DNA of 63,265 bases, filler included, from Globobulimina sp. (taxonomy: Eukaryota), in assembly GCA_003354225.1 (NCBI GenBank). It is 54 parts of 54 records of this genome, joined end to end, with 100 filler letters (N's around TTAATTAATTAA, not from the genome) between each part and the next. Parts side by side here need not be neighbours in the genome. Positions count along the whole stretch, not along the records: positions 10,567 to 11,640 come from PIVH01024227.1; positions 11,741 to 12,814 come from PIVH01024228.1; positions 12,915 to 13,988 come from PIVH01024229.1; positions 14,089 to 15,162 come from PIVH01024230.1; positions 15,263 to 16,336 come from PIVH01024231.1; positions 16,437 to 17,510 come from PIVH01024232.1; positions 17,611 to 18,684 come from PIVH01024233.1; positions 18,785 to 19,858 come from PIVH01024234.1; 46 more parts are not named here. One strand, given 5' to 3'. The translations under genes were made by a program, and so were the position numbers. Each line of letters starts with the position of its first letter. Within the stretch, counting starts at the first letter, position 1. Below are positions 11,395 through 23,480 of this stretch, piece after piece. The notes beneath the pieces were generated by a model. The model searched no databases. It was not told where the DNA came from and saw nothing but the letters and a program-made list of their open reading frames with translations.

Positions 11395-11894
11395 TTAAAT
11401 TGTTCAGAAGTTGAATTTGAGATATTTTTTGGTACTGAGTTAGAGTATGTAAACACGAATGAACTTAACAAACATTTGATTTTTTAGCAGATAGTATTGG
11501 TGATGTTATTTGGTGAAACCAGTCAATCCTCACTGCCAGCTGGGCCCTCCTTGTTTGCTCTGATTAAATCGATCCATATTTGCTTAAAATCCATTCCTTT
11601 ATTTTGATACAGATCCACTAAATTCCTCTTACAAATCACCNNNNNNNNNNNNNNNNNNNNNNNNNNNNNNNNNNNNNNNNNNNNTTAATTAATTAANNNN
11701 NNNNNNNNNNNNNNNNNNNNNNNNNNNNNNNNNNNNNNNNTCGAAAAAATTACGTTTTTCACCATTTTTAGCTAAAAATTTTGTTTGTTTATTTGAAACC
11801 TAGTGGCCCCCAGGCCTTACAGGTTATCCTACATAGGACACTAACATCACCACAAAAGAATACTATAATCTCAATATATAATATTATTAGATAA

Positions 11895-12814
11895 TCACAA
11901 ATTATTTAAAAAATATCCTACTTTCGTTTTAAAGGCAGCTATACTTTGACAATTTATAATTTCCCTAGGCAAACTATTCCATAAATTTATAATTCTATTT
12001 GAGAAAGAATATTTTCGTAAATTCAGTCGATGTTGAGTTGGATACAATTTCAAGTGATGACCACGAGTTCTTGTGTCCATGTTACGGACGAAAAGTTCTT
12101 GTGGTTGTATAATTGAAAGCCCATTAAAGATCTTGTATACTTCTGCTAAATCAAATATTGATCGTCGTTTTTCCAGAGAATCTAGGTTTAACTCTTGTAA
12201 TCGCTGTTCATAAGACATATTATTCATTCCAAATACCATTTTTGTTGCACGTTTCTGAATTTTTTCAATCATTTGAATATCCCGTATTAAAAAAGGATTC
12301 CATACTGGTGCAGCAAATTCTAAATGAGATCGCACCAAAGCTTTGTAGAGAGGTATAAACACTTCTGGTTTGCGTGAAGAAATCGTCCGACTAATAATAG
12401 CGAGGTTTCGTTGAGCTTTTTTAAATGCATATGTGACATGAGCAGAAAAGTTCAAATTAGGCGTCATAATAACACCCAAATCTCTTTCATTATCGGATTT
12501 TCGTAAAATTTCATTCCCAATCACATACTGTTCTTGTTGATTTTGGTACCCATAATGCATGACAGCACATTTGCTTACATTGAACTGAAGTAACCAATTA
12601 TTGGACCATTCTTGTAAGGCATCAAGATCCATCTGTAATCGAACACTGTCAGTACCATACAGTTTGGCGTCATCGGCGTATTTCAAAATGTTTGACATAC
12701 AGTAATCATCTAGGTCATTCACATAAGCCAAAAATAGGAGTGGCCCAAGGACTGAGCCCTGGGGAACACCAGATTTAACAAAATGCCAGTCTGACGTTTG
12801 ACCACGTACAGTAA
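11895..12814 (-). mobile_element. CR1/Jockey-group LINE ORF2 reverse transcriptase, C-terminal part
   Basis: SGVPQGSVLGPLLF, YADD, ERDLGV, VRSHLEFAAPVW, TRGHHLKL, FSNRIINLWNSLP. Confidence 0.92.
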
Positions 12815-12914
12815 NNNNNNNNNNNNNNNNNNNNNNNNNNNNNNNNNNNNNNNNNNNNTTAATTAATTAANNNNNNNNNNNNNNNNNNNNNNNNNNNNNN
12901 NNNNNNNNNNNNNN

Positions 12915-13475
12915 AAACCACCAATACCAAAAGCAATCATAGCTCCTAAACTTCCAAATATAGAAAACCATGACATTGCATCAATTTGTTTTGAAGATGA
13001 TATCGTGTCAGAGGCTAAAACCCGAATAGGTGCCATTAATACGGAAATAAAAAAATCATTTATCCAAAATGTTATTACCGCAATAATTAATCCATATTTG
13101 TTTGATATAAATTGTGCATTTGAAAATATTATTAATGTCATAAATACAACAATGGAGCCAATAATAATAAATGGTTTTCTTGTTTGTATTTTATCACTAT
13201 ATGAACCTACAATTGGTTGTGCAATCATACCCGTGACTGGAAAATGTAAAAATTATATAGCTTTGCCTTCGGTTCTCATAAACAAAAACACAATTTTTAC
13301 CTGGACCAGCTAACCATACGTAATTCACATTTGATTCTTTCAAACCCAATCCAAGTAAATATGGTGTACCATATCCTGTTTGTAAGCACCATGCGATTGC
13401 AACACCGATCCATCCAATTGCTGGTGTAATAGGTTTAAAACACTCTTTCCAATTCCATGTTTGTTTAGCTTTCAT
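12915..13475 (-). CDS. Sucrose/H+ symporter-like MFS transporter (SLC45/SUC family), 5' part; intron 13300-13237
   Basis: Spliced WLAGPVTGMIAQPIVGSYSD..RKPFI; APIRVLASD. Confidence 0.85.
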
Positions 13476-13517
13476 TGAAAGTTAATTCAAAAATATTTTT
13501 TCATCCGTTTTTATAAC

Positions 13518-13655
13518 ATGTCGTCCAGGAAACAAACACGTCGCCAAGCTGCCAATTATAAGACAGCAAGAAAGAAACGTGAACAAAATATCAAATCAAA
13601 ACCTTCCCAAATTAAATTCGACGCGAACCAAAAGAAAATCGAACAAAAATGCATT
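13518..13655 (+). CDS. Basic N-terminus of an unknown, probably eukaryotic protein
   Basis: MSSRKQTRRQAANYKTARKKREQ, fused in frame to a MutS2 fragment. Confidence 0.4.
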
Positions 13656-13988
13656 AAACTATTTGGTTCTAAAATGGCGATTGTTGGAGTTGATGAGATT
13701 GAATTAGGTACAGATTCTGATGAAGCTGCTTCTTTATTCAAAGTAATTATTGAAGAATTAATGCAAAGAGATATCAAAGTAATTATTACAACTCACCACA
13801 AAAGATTAGCTGCTCTTATGGCTGCAAATGATGATGTAGAATTAATCGCTGCACTTTATGATGAAGAGAATCAAAAACCAACTTATGAGTTCTTACAAGG
13901 AACTATTGGTAAATCTTATGCCTTTGAAACTGCATCACGATATGGAATTCCTCATAATGTTGTTAAACAAGAAAAAGAAGTTTATGGT
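13656..13988 (+). CDS. mutS2: Bacterial MutS2 ATPase fragment (Campylobacterota-like)
   Basis: VGVDEIELGTDSDEAASLF..ITTHHKRLA..LYDE..PTYEFLQGTIGKSYAFETA.RYGIP. Confidence 0.9.
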
Positions 13989-14340
13989 NNNNNNNNNNNN
14001 NNNNNNNNNNNNNNNNNNNNNNNNNNNNNNNNTTAATTAATTAANNNNNNNNNNNNNNNNNNNNNNNNNNNNNNNNNNNNNNNNNNNNTTTTAAAGAATA
14101 CTAATACAACAAAGGAAAAATTATTTCATATATTTGATGAACCAAGAAAGGAAACTTTCGCTTTATTGTCTGGTGCTTTCTTCAGGTTTAAAACAACAGA
14201 ACAATATGAAATAATCCGTAATAAGTTATCTGAAGATGGGTATACGTATAATTCGGATAAAAGTGACTGGAAATTGTATATGACAATATCTGATGTTTTT
14301 TTTGTAGACTTAAACACAGCAAAAAACCTCACACTTTTTC

Positions 14341-14902
14341 ATGTCCTTTTCTCAACAACCACAAACTCTAAACACCACTCGTCAAGATTTGGTTCAAAAT
14401 CATGTGCAAAGTTTTAATTTTTTATTTAAAACGAAGGAATCTCCGGGATGTTTGGACATCATTGTCAAGCATTTGCCATGTTATTACGTAGATTCCCCAC
14501 ACATTCCTGACAAACCAATCTGGAAATATTACATCAAAAACATCCACGTTGGAAAACCACACAAAAAAAATGATGCTTCAGCATTAGATAAACGTTTGTT
14601 CCCCGCAGAGGTTCATTTATCCCCCACACCTAATTTGTTAATAGTTTTATTTTAATTACTCAGCATATCTTAACCAAACACAAACATAAATAACAAAAAA
14701 AAAGTGTCGACAACGGATGCTAACATATTCAGCTCCTTTATTAGCAACATTAGTGTGGCAATACATTGGTGATAATGGTACACAAACACACGAATTTGAT
14801 ATAAGCTTTGGCGCAATGCCTATAATGTTACGCTCCAATAAGTGTCATTTAAATGGCTTATCAGCAAAACAGTTAATAAAAGCGCACGAAGATGAAAACG
14901 AG
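14341..14902 (+). CDS. RPA2: RNA polymerase I second-largest subunit, N-terminal part; intron 14611-14704
   Basis: HVQSFN..LFPAE|CRQRMLTYSAPL..GAMPIMLRSNKCHLNGLSAKQLIKAHEDENE; similarity stops after 14902. Confidence 0.8.
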
Positions 14903-15262
14903 CACAACTATAAGAAAAAAACCGACTGGAATGTCGCTCGGTCAAAATCAACAACGCGTATAACTCATGACTTATTGGGTGAGTCTGTCCCTGCCTGTAC
15001 ACTGGGACACGTAGTTTTCGATAAAGCTTATCCCATCCCCCACGCCCAACCTTGTAAGAAAGAGCGTTATAGCGCTTTTCTGATCATCCGTGGTCCGCCT
15101 CAGCTTGCCTGATTTCCATTAAACAAACGCTCTAAAAACAAAAGACTTTTTACCGGAGTTTTNNNNNNNNNNNNNNNNNNNNNNNNNNNNNNNNNNNNNN
15201 NNNNNNTTAATTAATTAANNNNNNNNNNNNNNNNNNNNNNNNNNNNNNNNNNNNNNNNNNNN

Positions 15263-15376
15263 TTATGAGGGTGGATTTGCCGGCATTGGGAAAACCGATG
15301 ATGCCCACATCAGCTAAAAGTTTAAGCTCTAACTTGAGGTTTTTTGTCTCCCCTGGCTCACCGGGCTGTGCAAACC
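15263..15376 (-). CDS. obgE: Bacterial GTPase Obg fragment
   Basis: [37 protein letters not shown] (G1 motif). Confidence 0.9.
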
Positions 15377-16334
15377 TCCATAGCCATCCAAAACGAATTA
15401 GATTCTGCGGATTTGACCGACGGCGTTACGTTATCTGTGAAAATAGGCATCGGTGTCGGAAATGCGACAGTGTTGCACGTAGGCGGTGTATACTCGCGAG
15501 TGGAATATTTTGCGTGCGGCATCCCATTAATGCAGGCCTTTCACAGTGAGGCGAAAGCGACGCAAGGCGACATTGTGGTATCTCCAGACGTTTGGCAAAT
15601 GGTAAAAGACTCGTTTGATGGCGACGTTGTTGCAGATAATTTTGTGCGGATCACGCGCCAAACTAAAGCGATCCGTAATAAATCTGTCAAAGCCTCCAAA
15701 GCGAAATCATTAGCCACTGCCGACGTGAATCATTATCAAAAATTATTAGAAAAGTATATACCCGCTGCGGTATTGCCATATTTAACCCGCTGCCAAAACT
15801 CATGGAGTGGCGAATTAAGATTAGTCACCGTACTGTTTGTAAATGTTGGTGTGAATCTATCCAATGTACAAAATATCGACAGCACATCACTTGACTGGAT
15901 ACAACAAGTTATTACCGGTATACAAAAGGCAATTTATAAATATGAAGGTTTGTATTGTTTGTACATTGTAAATTATTTCCGAATTATTGCTTTGATTTTT
16001 GTTAATTGCAACAGGTTCGTTAAATAAATTCTTAGTGGATGACAAAGGCAGTAATGTGATTGCTGTGTTTGGTGTGCCGCCATTGGCTCATCCGGATGAT
16101 GCTACGCGTGGTTTATTAGCTGCTCTTAAATTATTACGCAAGATGCGAGGATTAGGTATTAAATGCTACATTGGTGTTACTTCCGGCTTAGTATATACCG
16201 GCTTATTAGGCAGTGGTACCTCGCGAGAGTACGGGGTGTTGGGTGATGCCGTGAACTTAGCAGCTCGTTTGATGGCAAAGCAGAAAAAATGTCAAGTACC
16301 GGGCGTGATTTGTGATACACCGACACAAGAATAA
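15363..16334 (+). CDS. Class III soluble adenylate cyclase (ADCY10-like) fragment; intron 15948-16014
   Basis: [58 protein letters not shown]. Confidence 0.9.
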
Positions 16335-17043
16335 ATNNNNNNNNNNNNNNNNNNNNNNNNNNNNNNNNNNNNNNNNNNNNTTAATTAATTAANNNNNNNN
16401 NNNNNNNNNNNNNNNNNNNNNNNNNNNNNNNNNNNNGTACTCCCAAAAAAAATTTCAGCTCAATCCGACCAATATTGAAGTTTTTATAACGATTTCCTTT
16501 TTAACTCTGGGACCTCGCGATCCGAAAATCGGGAATCGGATGATCGTCGATGAAAAAGGATATCATTTTTGAATTTCCCGACCCATTTTACCTTATATAA
16601 CTTTTGATAAAAACTTGTTATCAAGTAAATACTAGTAAAGTACTCAAGCGAAAAGGATGCAGCGACACAAATGTGCACCGTTTATTTCCTGTATTCCATG
16701 AAACATTATTCGTCAAAACTTAGGGGTTGGTCAACAGGGGCCACACATTGTGATAGTACAATATGTCATAATGTACAGTAGCTAAGGAAACGTTACTAAT
16801 AACTTACCTTCTTCGGTATGAAGACCAGTCTTTCTTTTTTGGGATACTTTTCCAGTTTCGTGTACCTTTTTGTGATCTGCACCACGCTAAAAAGTAGCCA
16901 CAATACAATGTATGTATTAATAAGTCTATTTTCATGTCATGTCCATAGATGTGCTTCGACAGGGGGCTGTCAGATTCCCCATACCCCTACCTATGGTATT
17001 GTCTTACGTCTTAGTGTGCAGTGCACGCAGTTTTAAAACTGTA

Positions 17044-17125
17044 TGTAGTCAGTCAAGTTGACAAAATTTTAGTACCTATCCCGTGTTAGTTAAGAACTAC
17101 AATTTTGTCAACTTGACTGACTACA
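17044..17125. repeat. 30-bp inverted repeat (one mismatch), with a partial third copy at 17148
   Basis: TGTAGTCAGTCAAGTTGACAAAATTTTAGT pairs with ACTACAATTTTGTCAACTTGACTGACTACA. Confidence 0.85.
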
Positions 17126-17610
17126 ACCGATTTTATCAAAAACTACATTGACTGACTACAACTTCCATGTCACAATCGCTAAAGAAATAAAAACAATATT
17201 CAAGTCAAGTGGTGAATGCAATATAAAATATAGCTGTCTGCTAAGCCAATTGCATATTTGGCAAAAATTTTTATCGGTCGCAGCGATTTACAAGGCTGTT
17301 AGCAACTTGTCCCAAATCCCGCCGTTCTAGGGAAATGACTACCCGGTAAAACGCACTCACAAGATGCTATGAGTGCTAACGGTGTTGGTTTACTGAAAGC
17401 TGGTGAATAGCACCACACACTAAATTACATTCTCGGTTTCTAGTGTTGCAGAATTGCTTGGCGGGCGAACGTCGCAGAGCAAAGCTAGACCAATCCGAAT
17501 TCGTTTCAACNNNNNNNNNNNNNNNNNNNNNNNNNNNNNNNNNNNNNNNNNNNNTTAATTAATTAANNNNNNNNNNNNNNNNNNNNNNNNNNNNNNNNNN
17601 NNNNNNNNNN

Positions 17611-18684
17611 CACACCGCAGCTGCGTCAGTATACACCATTGCCATCGGTATAAGTTTGCCAATTCATACTTATATGCATAATGATAACCAATTTGCCAAT
17701 CAATCAAATTCTGTGCCAGTGCGACTCCATTTGTTTCCAACTTATTCCGCACTCTTCGATACTTGGTCCATTTATTTATCGTGTTGTAAAGGCCATTTCT
17801 TTTGTTTTCCTTCTTCACCGCTTTCATTCCATAGTTTATCCATTCATTTTTTGAATAATCTTTCTCAATTTCCGTCCATTGCCGCGTTTGATAGATGTTA
17901 TACATCGCAGCTTTTGCAATGTCGTCAGCCGCTTCATTTCCTATCTCCTCATTATGCGCCCGCACCCAAATGATGTGGACTTCAATGCTGAAATCCAATA
18001 AATCATTTACGGCATCATAGAAACGCTTTATTTTATCATGTACCAACCTATCATTTGTCTCCCATTCTCCCGCCAGCCATTTGACCACGGTTTCGCTGTC
18101 AATGGCAATGCATACATAGCCTGGCACTTCTTTTTCATTCTTGCTATATATATCATAGCAATATCTATACATTCCTGTCATGCCATGTATGGCAGCATCC
18201 AGCTCGCAATGATCAATCGAACTACGTATACCGGTATGGTGTGCCCCATAGCAAAACTCACTAATTCCATTCGAACAATTTGCACGTAATGATACATAGT
18301 TCGATGCCCGCAATCGCTCTAAATCCGCTTCGTTGAGATAATAATTCAAATTACATGACCAATATCCCGCACCTCCATACATCTCCTTATTCGATCCATC
18401 CGAAAAAATCAATTGGATGTTCTTGTTGGCGACTTTGTACATTTCATTCGGATCTTCATCATAACAATAAAGGCTCTCAGCCCATTCTTCGACCCATTCC
18501 CTGCTAAATGAGAGTTTTTGGGCCTTGTCTTCACTTCGATGATATACCAAATTCTCCGGAATCGGTACAAACTCACATTGATACGATATCCGTTTCGGGA
18601 CAATATCGAAATCAATGTTTTTCATAAATTGATAGTCCGAACTTTTCATTATCTTCGCCGCATCAAATATTTCATACATAATAT
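17611..18684 (-). mobile_element. Non-LTR retrotransposon ORF2 RNase HI domain region
   Basis: FSDGS, CELDA, IDSETV, WVRAHNEEIGNEAADDIAK, ILTQLRC. Confidence 0.85.
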
Positions 18685-19724
18685 NNNNNNNNNNNNNNNN
18701 NNNNNNNNNNNNNNNNNNNNNNNNNNNNTTAATTAATTAANNNNNNNNNNNNNNNNNNNNNNNNNNNNNNNNNNNNNNNNNNNNCATTTGTAGAATATTA
18801 TGTTTTAAAAACAATTCTCTCTTTGATGGCCATGTTCTGTCTTTGTATAAATTATATCATCGCCATCAGTATATTCATATCATCATTGTCACATATTTTG
18901 TATCTTTATTTAGCTATAGATCATCCTCAGATGTCATGTCAGATACAATTGGACATTAACATTTTAATGTGTTCTTTTCCTTTGCAATCTGATAGATAAA
19001 CATCATTTGAGTCAAACATGAATGTTTTCAGAGCAGAGCTAGCTAGCTAGCTAGAAGTAAGCATCTTAAATGTCGTTTTTTTGGCCGGTGTCAAATGTTT
19101 GAGAAGATTGGAAATTAAATCGTATATTGTCATCATTAACGATGGAAATTATAATTAAAATATTTATATTCATTTGCAAAGAAAAAGAGACATATTCATC
19201 AGAGATTATTGTGTCAATGGCCCGGACAGGACACAGGCAAACCGCACCGCCATTGATGATCGCAACAACATACTGTCGAATTTTCCAATTATGCACATCT
19301 GCCACAGAGACCATTTCCAAAGCAAAAGCTGTGACTTATTCAGTCAATGTGACTTATTCAGTCAAGAGCAGTTATAAAGGAGATGAGATAAAGGATAATA
19401 TTGGATGAAAATGATGATTTTATGATGATTTATCTCTGCAATTTGAAATTGATATATATGCTTCTGGCAAGCGAATTTTTTGATTTTTCATATTGAAGCA
19501 TTATTTTTTATTGTTTGCAATGAGGAACAGAGAGAATGAGATTTTTTGTAATAAAACATGGTGCTGCCAATAGATTTGTGTTAAAAAGTCCGAAATTATA
19601 AAAAATAAAAAAAATTATTAGCATCATATTCAAGCTTTCATCACAACACAAAAAACAACCAATCAACAATCAATTAACAATAAATCAATCTCAATCTCAA
19701 TCTCAATTTTCGAATTAATTAATT

Positions 19725-19858
19725 ATGTCAGCCCCTTCACCAAAATTTATTTTTATGATTTGTAAAGCAATCGGTGGCACCAAATCAGGCAACAAAGGCG
19801 CCTCAAGAGCAGCCATCGCAAATTATATTATTGAGAATTTCGGAAAGACCGCCGGTGG
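19725..19858 (+). CDS. Linker histone H1, start of the globular domain
   Basis: PKFIFMICKAI..KGASRAAIANYIIENF. Confidence 0.75.
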
Positions 19859-19958
19859 NNNNNNNNNNNNNNNNNNNNNNNNNNNNNNNNNNNNNNNNNN
19901 NNTTAATTAATTAANNNNNNNNNNNNNNNNNNNNNNNNNNNNNNNNNNNNNNNNNNNN

Positions 19959-20172
19959 TAAAATGAAAACCAAGTAGATTATAACCACCATATCCATGAT
20001 CTCCATGTCCATGATGTGAATGGTCGTGACCACAATTTGAGTGATCATGGGAATGTGAATGCGAATGCGAATGCGAATGTGAGTGGGATCCATGATCATG
20101 ATGTGAATGACTGCAATTTGAATGATCATGATGGTCATGACCATGGCCATGATGACTGTGTTGCATTGACAT
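19959..20172 (-). CDS. His-rich N-terminus of a putative metal-binding protein
   Basis: MSMQHSHHGHGHDHHDHSNCSHSH...; remainder truncated. Confidence 0.6.
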
Positions 20173-20211
20173 TGTTTTAATGATTATAATCTAAGTTGCC
20201 TTTACTCAAAA

Positions 20212-21032
20212 ATGTATACTTCATTTAAACGCGCAACCCGCTTTCTTCCTCATGGAGTCTCGTCAAACAGGATATCTTTCGGATTCTGTTTTGCATCTCA
20301 TAGCTTTTATAATCGAATCAAATCATATTTTGTTTCATCTCAACTGGAAAAATACAATCAAGATGCAAATGTCCCCACTGATCCTCTATGTATTTTAACA
20401 GACCAACATTTACATAATGCATCAAATGTAATCAAATTAAAACATGAATGCAAAATAATTTATTTAATCGGAATTAGTCATCATTCGCGATTGTCTGCGT
20501 TACGAATTCAATCATTGTGTAGCGATGTATGGCCTGATACTATATTTATAGAATTGTGTGAAAAGAGACTCAAGCAAATACGCTTGAAAATGGCATTACA
20601 ATCACCATTAACAAATAGATTGCGTACATTCATACATAAAATATCAAATTACTCATTATTTGCTAAATATAAACATGGAGCATTTATTGAAGGCATACGC
20701 TTTGCTGTCAACAACCATTTAAACATTGAATGTTGTGATATGGACTATTATGCGACAATGAATCAATTGAAATGTGCATTGAAGTCAACAAAAAGACCAT
20801 TCCATGAGATAATAAATGAAAACAAATATGTGCAAAATACGTTTTTAAATCAAACTATAAATGAGTACATAATGCATGTAAAATACCTATTTTGTATTGG
20901 CGATGAAGATGTAAATATTTGGCGGAGAGAACGGAATCCAATGCGTAGAATAGAAAAATCAAGACATGAGGCAAGAGAGAGTGTAAATAAATACAGCAAA
21001 ATAGTTTATAGCATCTTGCATGAACAGAGAGA
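20212..21032 (+). CDS. TraB-domain (TRABD-like) protein with a possible mitochondrial presequence
   Basis: IYLIGISHHS..PDTIFIELCEKR; N-terminus rich in Arg/Ser/Phe and lacking acidic residues. Confidence 0.7.
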
Positions 21033-21300
21033 NNNNNNNNNNNNNNNNNNNNNNNNNNNNNNNNNNNNNNNNNNNNTTAATTAATTAANNNNNNNNNNNN
21101 NNNNNNNNNNNNNNNNNNNNNNNNNNNNNNNNTACAAACAAACAGAAAAACTAAGTTCCACATTGCAAGGAAACATATTCGTTGCATACAAAACATTCTT
21201 CCATATCGATTGTGTATTAATTTACGGATATTTTCGCCAAATAATTCTAAAATATCAAATGAATGACAATCACAAAGCACTCATTCAAATTTGTTACATG

Positions 21301-22206
21301 TATTTCAAGCAAGACATTGTCATAAAATCAGCAAATAAATGTTATTACAAATCGCTGTCACAATCAACAAACAGCGAGAATATCATCAACGAATCGCATT
21401 TAATGTCCATTTTCGAGCAAAACAATGCTCCCAAATCGATGATAAAATATATAGATTTCTTCTGTGATGACAAAAATTATTATTTGGTGATGGAAAAAGG
21501 TGGAAGCGACGACTTATTTGAATTCAATAAGACCGCACATCAGTTGCTCCAATGTGGAAAATTAGATTTATTTGAATGGCAAAAAACGGTTCAAAACATA
21601 TTTTACAAAATGGTAAAATTTATCCATTGGCTGCACGATGAGATGCATTGCTGTCATTTGGATATCAGTTTGGAGAACGTCATCATGAGTAATTCGACAT
21701 ATTTTGACGAGAAAAGCGGTGCATTTCGCAATGTGGATATCAAATTTATTGATTTTGGTCTGGCCGAAATGTTTGATGAGAACTTCTTATGTCGCAAGTA
21801 TGCGATCGGCAAATTAGGTTATAAGGCACCGAAAGCATATTCAAAATGCGCGTTTATGGCAAACAAAGCAGACATATATTCGTTAGGGATCTGTCTGTTT
21901 TTGTTGTCGATCGGCGCGCCGCCATATAATCGGCCCGCTGGCAGTGATCAACGGTTTAAAATGCTGAAAGATGGCAAAATGTGCCAATTATTGAAATGTT
22001 GGAACAGACTGCATTACATTGAGGAGGATGCACTGCATTTATTAATTGGTTTGCTGTGCATTGATGAAGAAAAGAGAGTGTCCATTGAGGAGATTTTAAG
22101 TCATAAATGGTTGAAATCAGTTGGTACGCCGTGTATTGTTGTATCAAATACGAGTGCGTTTGAATTGTGTCAAAAGTGTGATGATTTTGCGGCTATAGAA
22201 AACAAA
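21301..22206 (+). CDS. Ser/Thr protein kinase (CAMK-like, HLDISLEN type)
   Basis: VIK, HLDISLEN, IDFGLA, GKLGYKAP, DIYSLG, KRVSIEEILSHKW. Confidence 0.9.
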
Positions 22207-22306
22207 NNNNNNNNNNNNNNNNNNNNNNNNNNNNNNNNNNNNNNNNNNNNTTAATTAATTAANNNNNNNNNNNNNNNNNNNNNNNNNNNNNNNNNNNNNN
22301 NNNNNN

Positions 22307-22870
22307 TATTTGTTGCGTCCATTCTTTAAATAACTTTATTTTTGATTGCAATTTCAAAGACTTAATATATTTGTTATCCCGTATTTGACTCAATTTATTC
22401 ACCATAATTTGCAAGCTATTCATATTGTATTTATGCTGAAATGTTTTTATGTGTTTTTGTCTGTATAAATGCGATAAATTAGTGAGATTTTGCTTCATTT
22501 TCAAGATGTCCTTTAGGCATAATATTGAATATAAAGTAAGTAATATTGATAATATGCAACATAAAAAATAACCAACATTTAAATGACGCATAGATTGTTT
22601 GTCATGATAATTGTATTTATAATGTTCAATAAACCATACAAAATAAAATATGACTGATAGAGCACCAAATATTATCCATTCAACCATCTTATTTTTTGGA
22701 AAAAAGCATTTATAACAATTACAAACAGTATGTGAAGAAGAAGTGGTTTGTGAGAGCTCAGAATTAGTAAATGATGATGTTTCTGCTTCCCATTCTATTG
22801 AAGAGTCAACTAATGGTTGATTTTCATCTATTACTTTTAATTGCATTGTTGAATCAATTGGTTTCTTCAC
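22307..22870 (-). CDS. Membrane protein fragment (2 TM)
   Basis: ORF with two hydrophobic segments. Confidence 0.5.
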
Positions 22871-22949
22871 AAAGCATTTTGCAAAGATACTGAACTATTT
22901 TCTGACTTGCAAATTAATAATGCAAATTAAAACAAAAACATAATGCAGA

Positions 22950-23043
22950 TTATTACATTTTCAGTTTTTATAACAACAAGTTGTTTTTTTTTGTATATGA
23001 AATTTCGTACAACTTGTTGTTATAAAAACTGAAAATGTAATAA
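22950..23043. repeat. Perfect 35-bp inverted repeat with a 24-bp spacer
   Basis: 22950-22984 is the reverse complement of 23009-23043. Confidence 0.9.
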
Positions 23044-23480
23044 ACTTATTATACATATTGTACAAATCAAATAGATACAAAAAAATGAGTCATTTCAAAC
23101 CAAATCCTGTTGTGCATATTCTCCAACTTCGATCCAGCTGCATTTGCTCTGGTGATTTTAATTTGAAAATGTGAGTATTAATTTTCATCAAAACCATAAT
23201 AATCATTATGTTGTCTTTAATATCATAATCCATGTCATTCCATCGTTACTTTCCGAAAATTGGGGGTAGGGTAACTATTGCAGGAGTAACATGCTAGAAA
23301 CGGGAATAGAAATATGCTGTAGAAATATGAAATTCTTTAGAAACCTGTATTTATATGGTAGAAATATAAGAGGAAACTTANNNNNNNNNNNNNNNNNNNN
23401 NNNNNNNNNNNNNNNNNNNNNNNNTTAATTAATTAANNNNNNNNNNNNNNNNNNNNNNNNNNNNNNNNNNNNNNNNNNNN

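Noticed and set aside
15265-15549. 94-aa plus-strand ORF
   Set aside because: Shadow of obgE (antisense) running into an off-frame part of the cyclase
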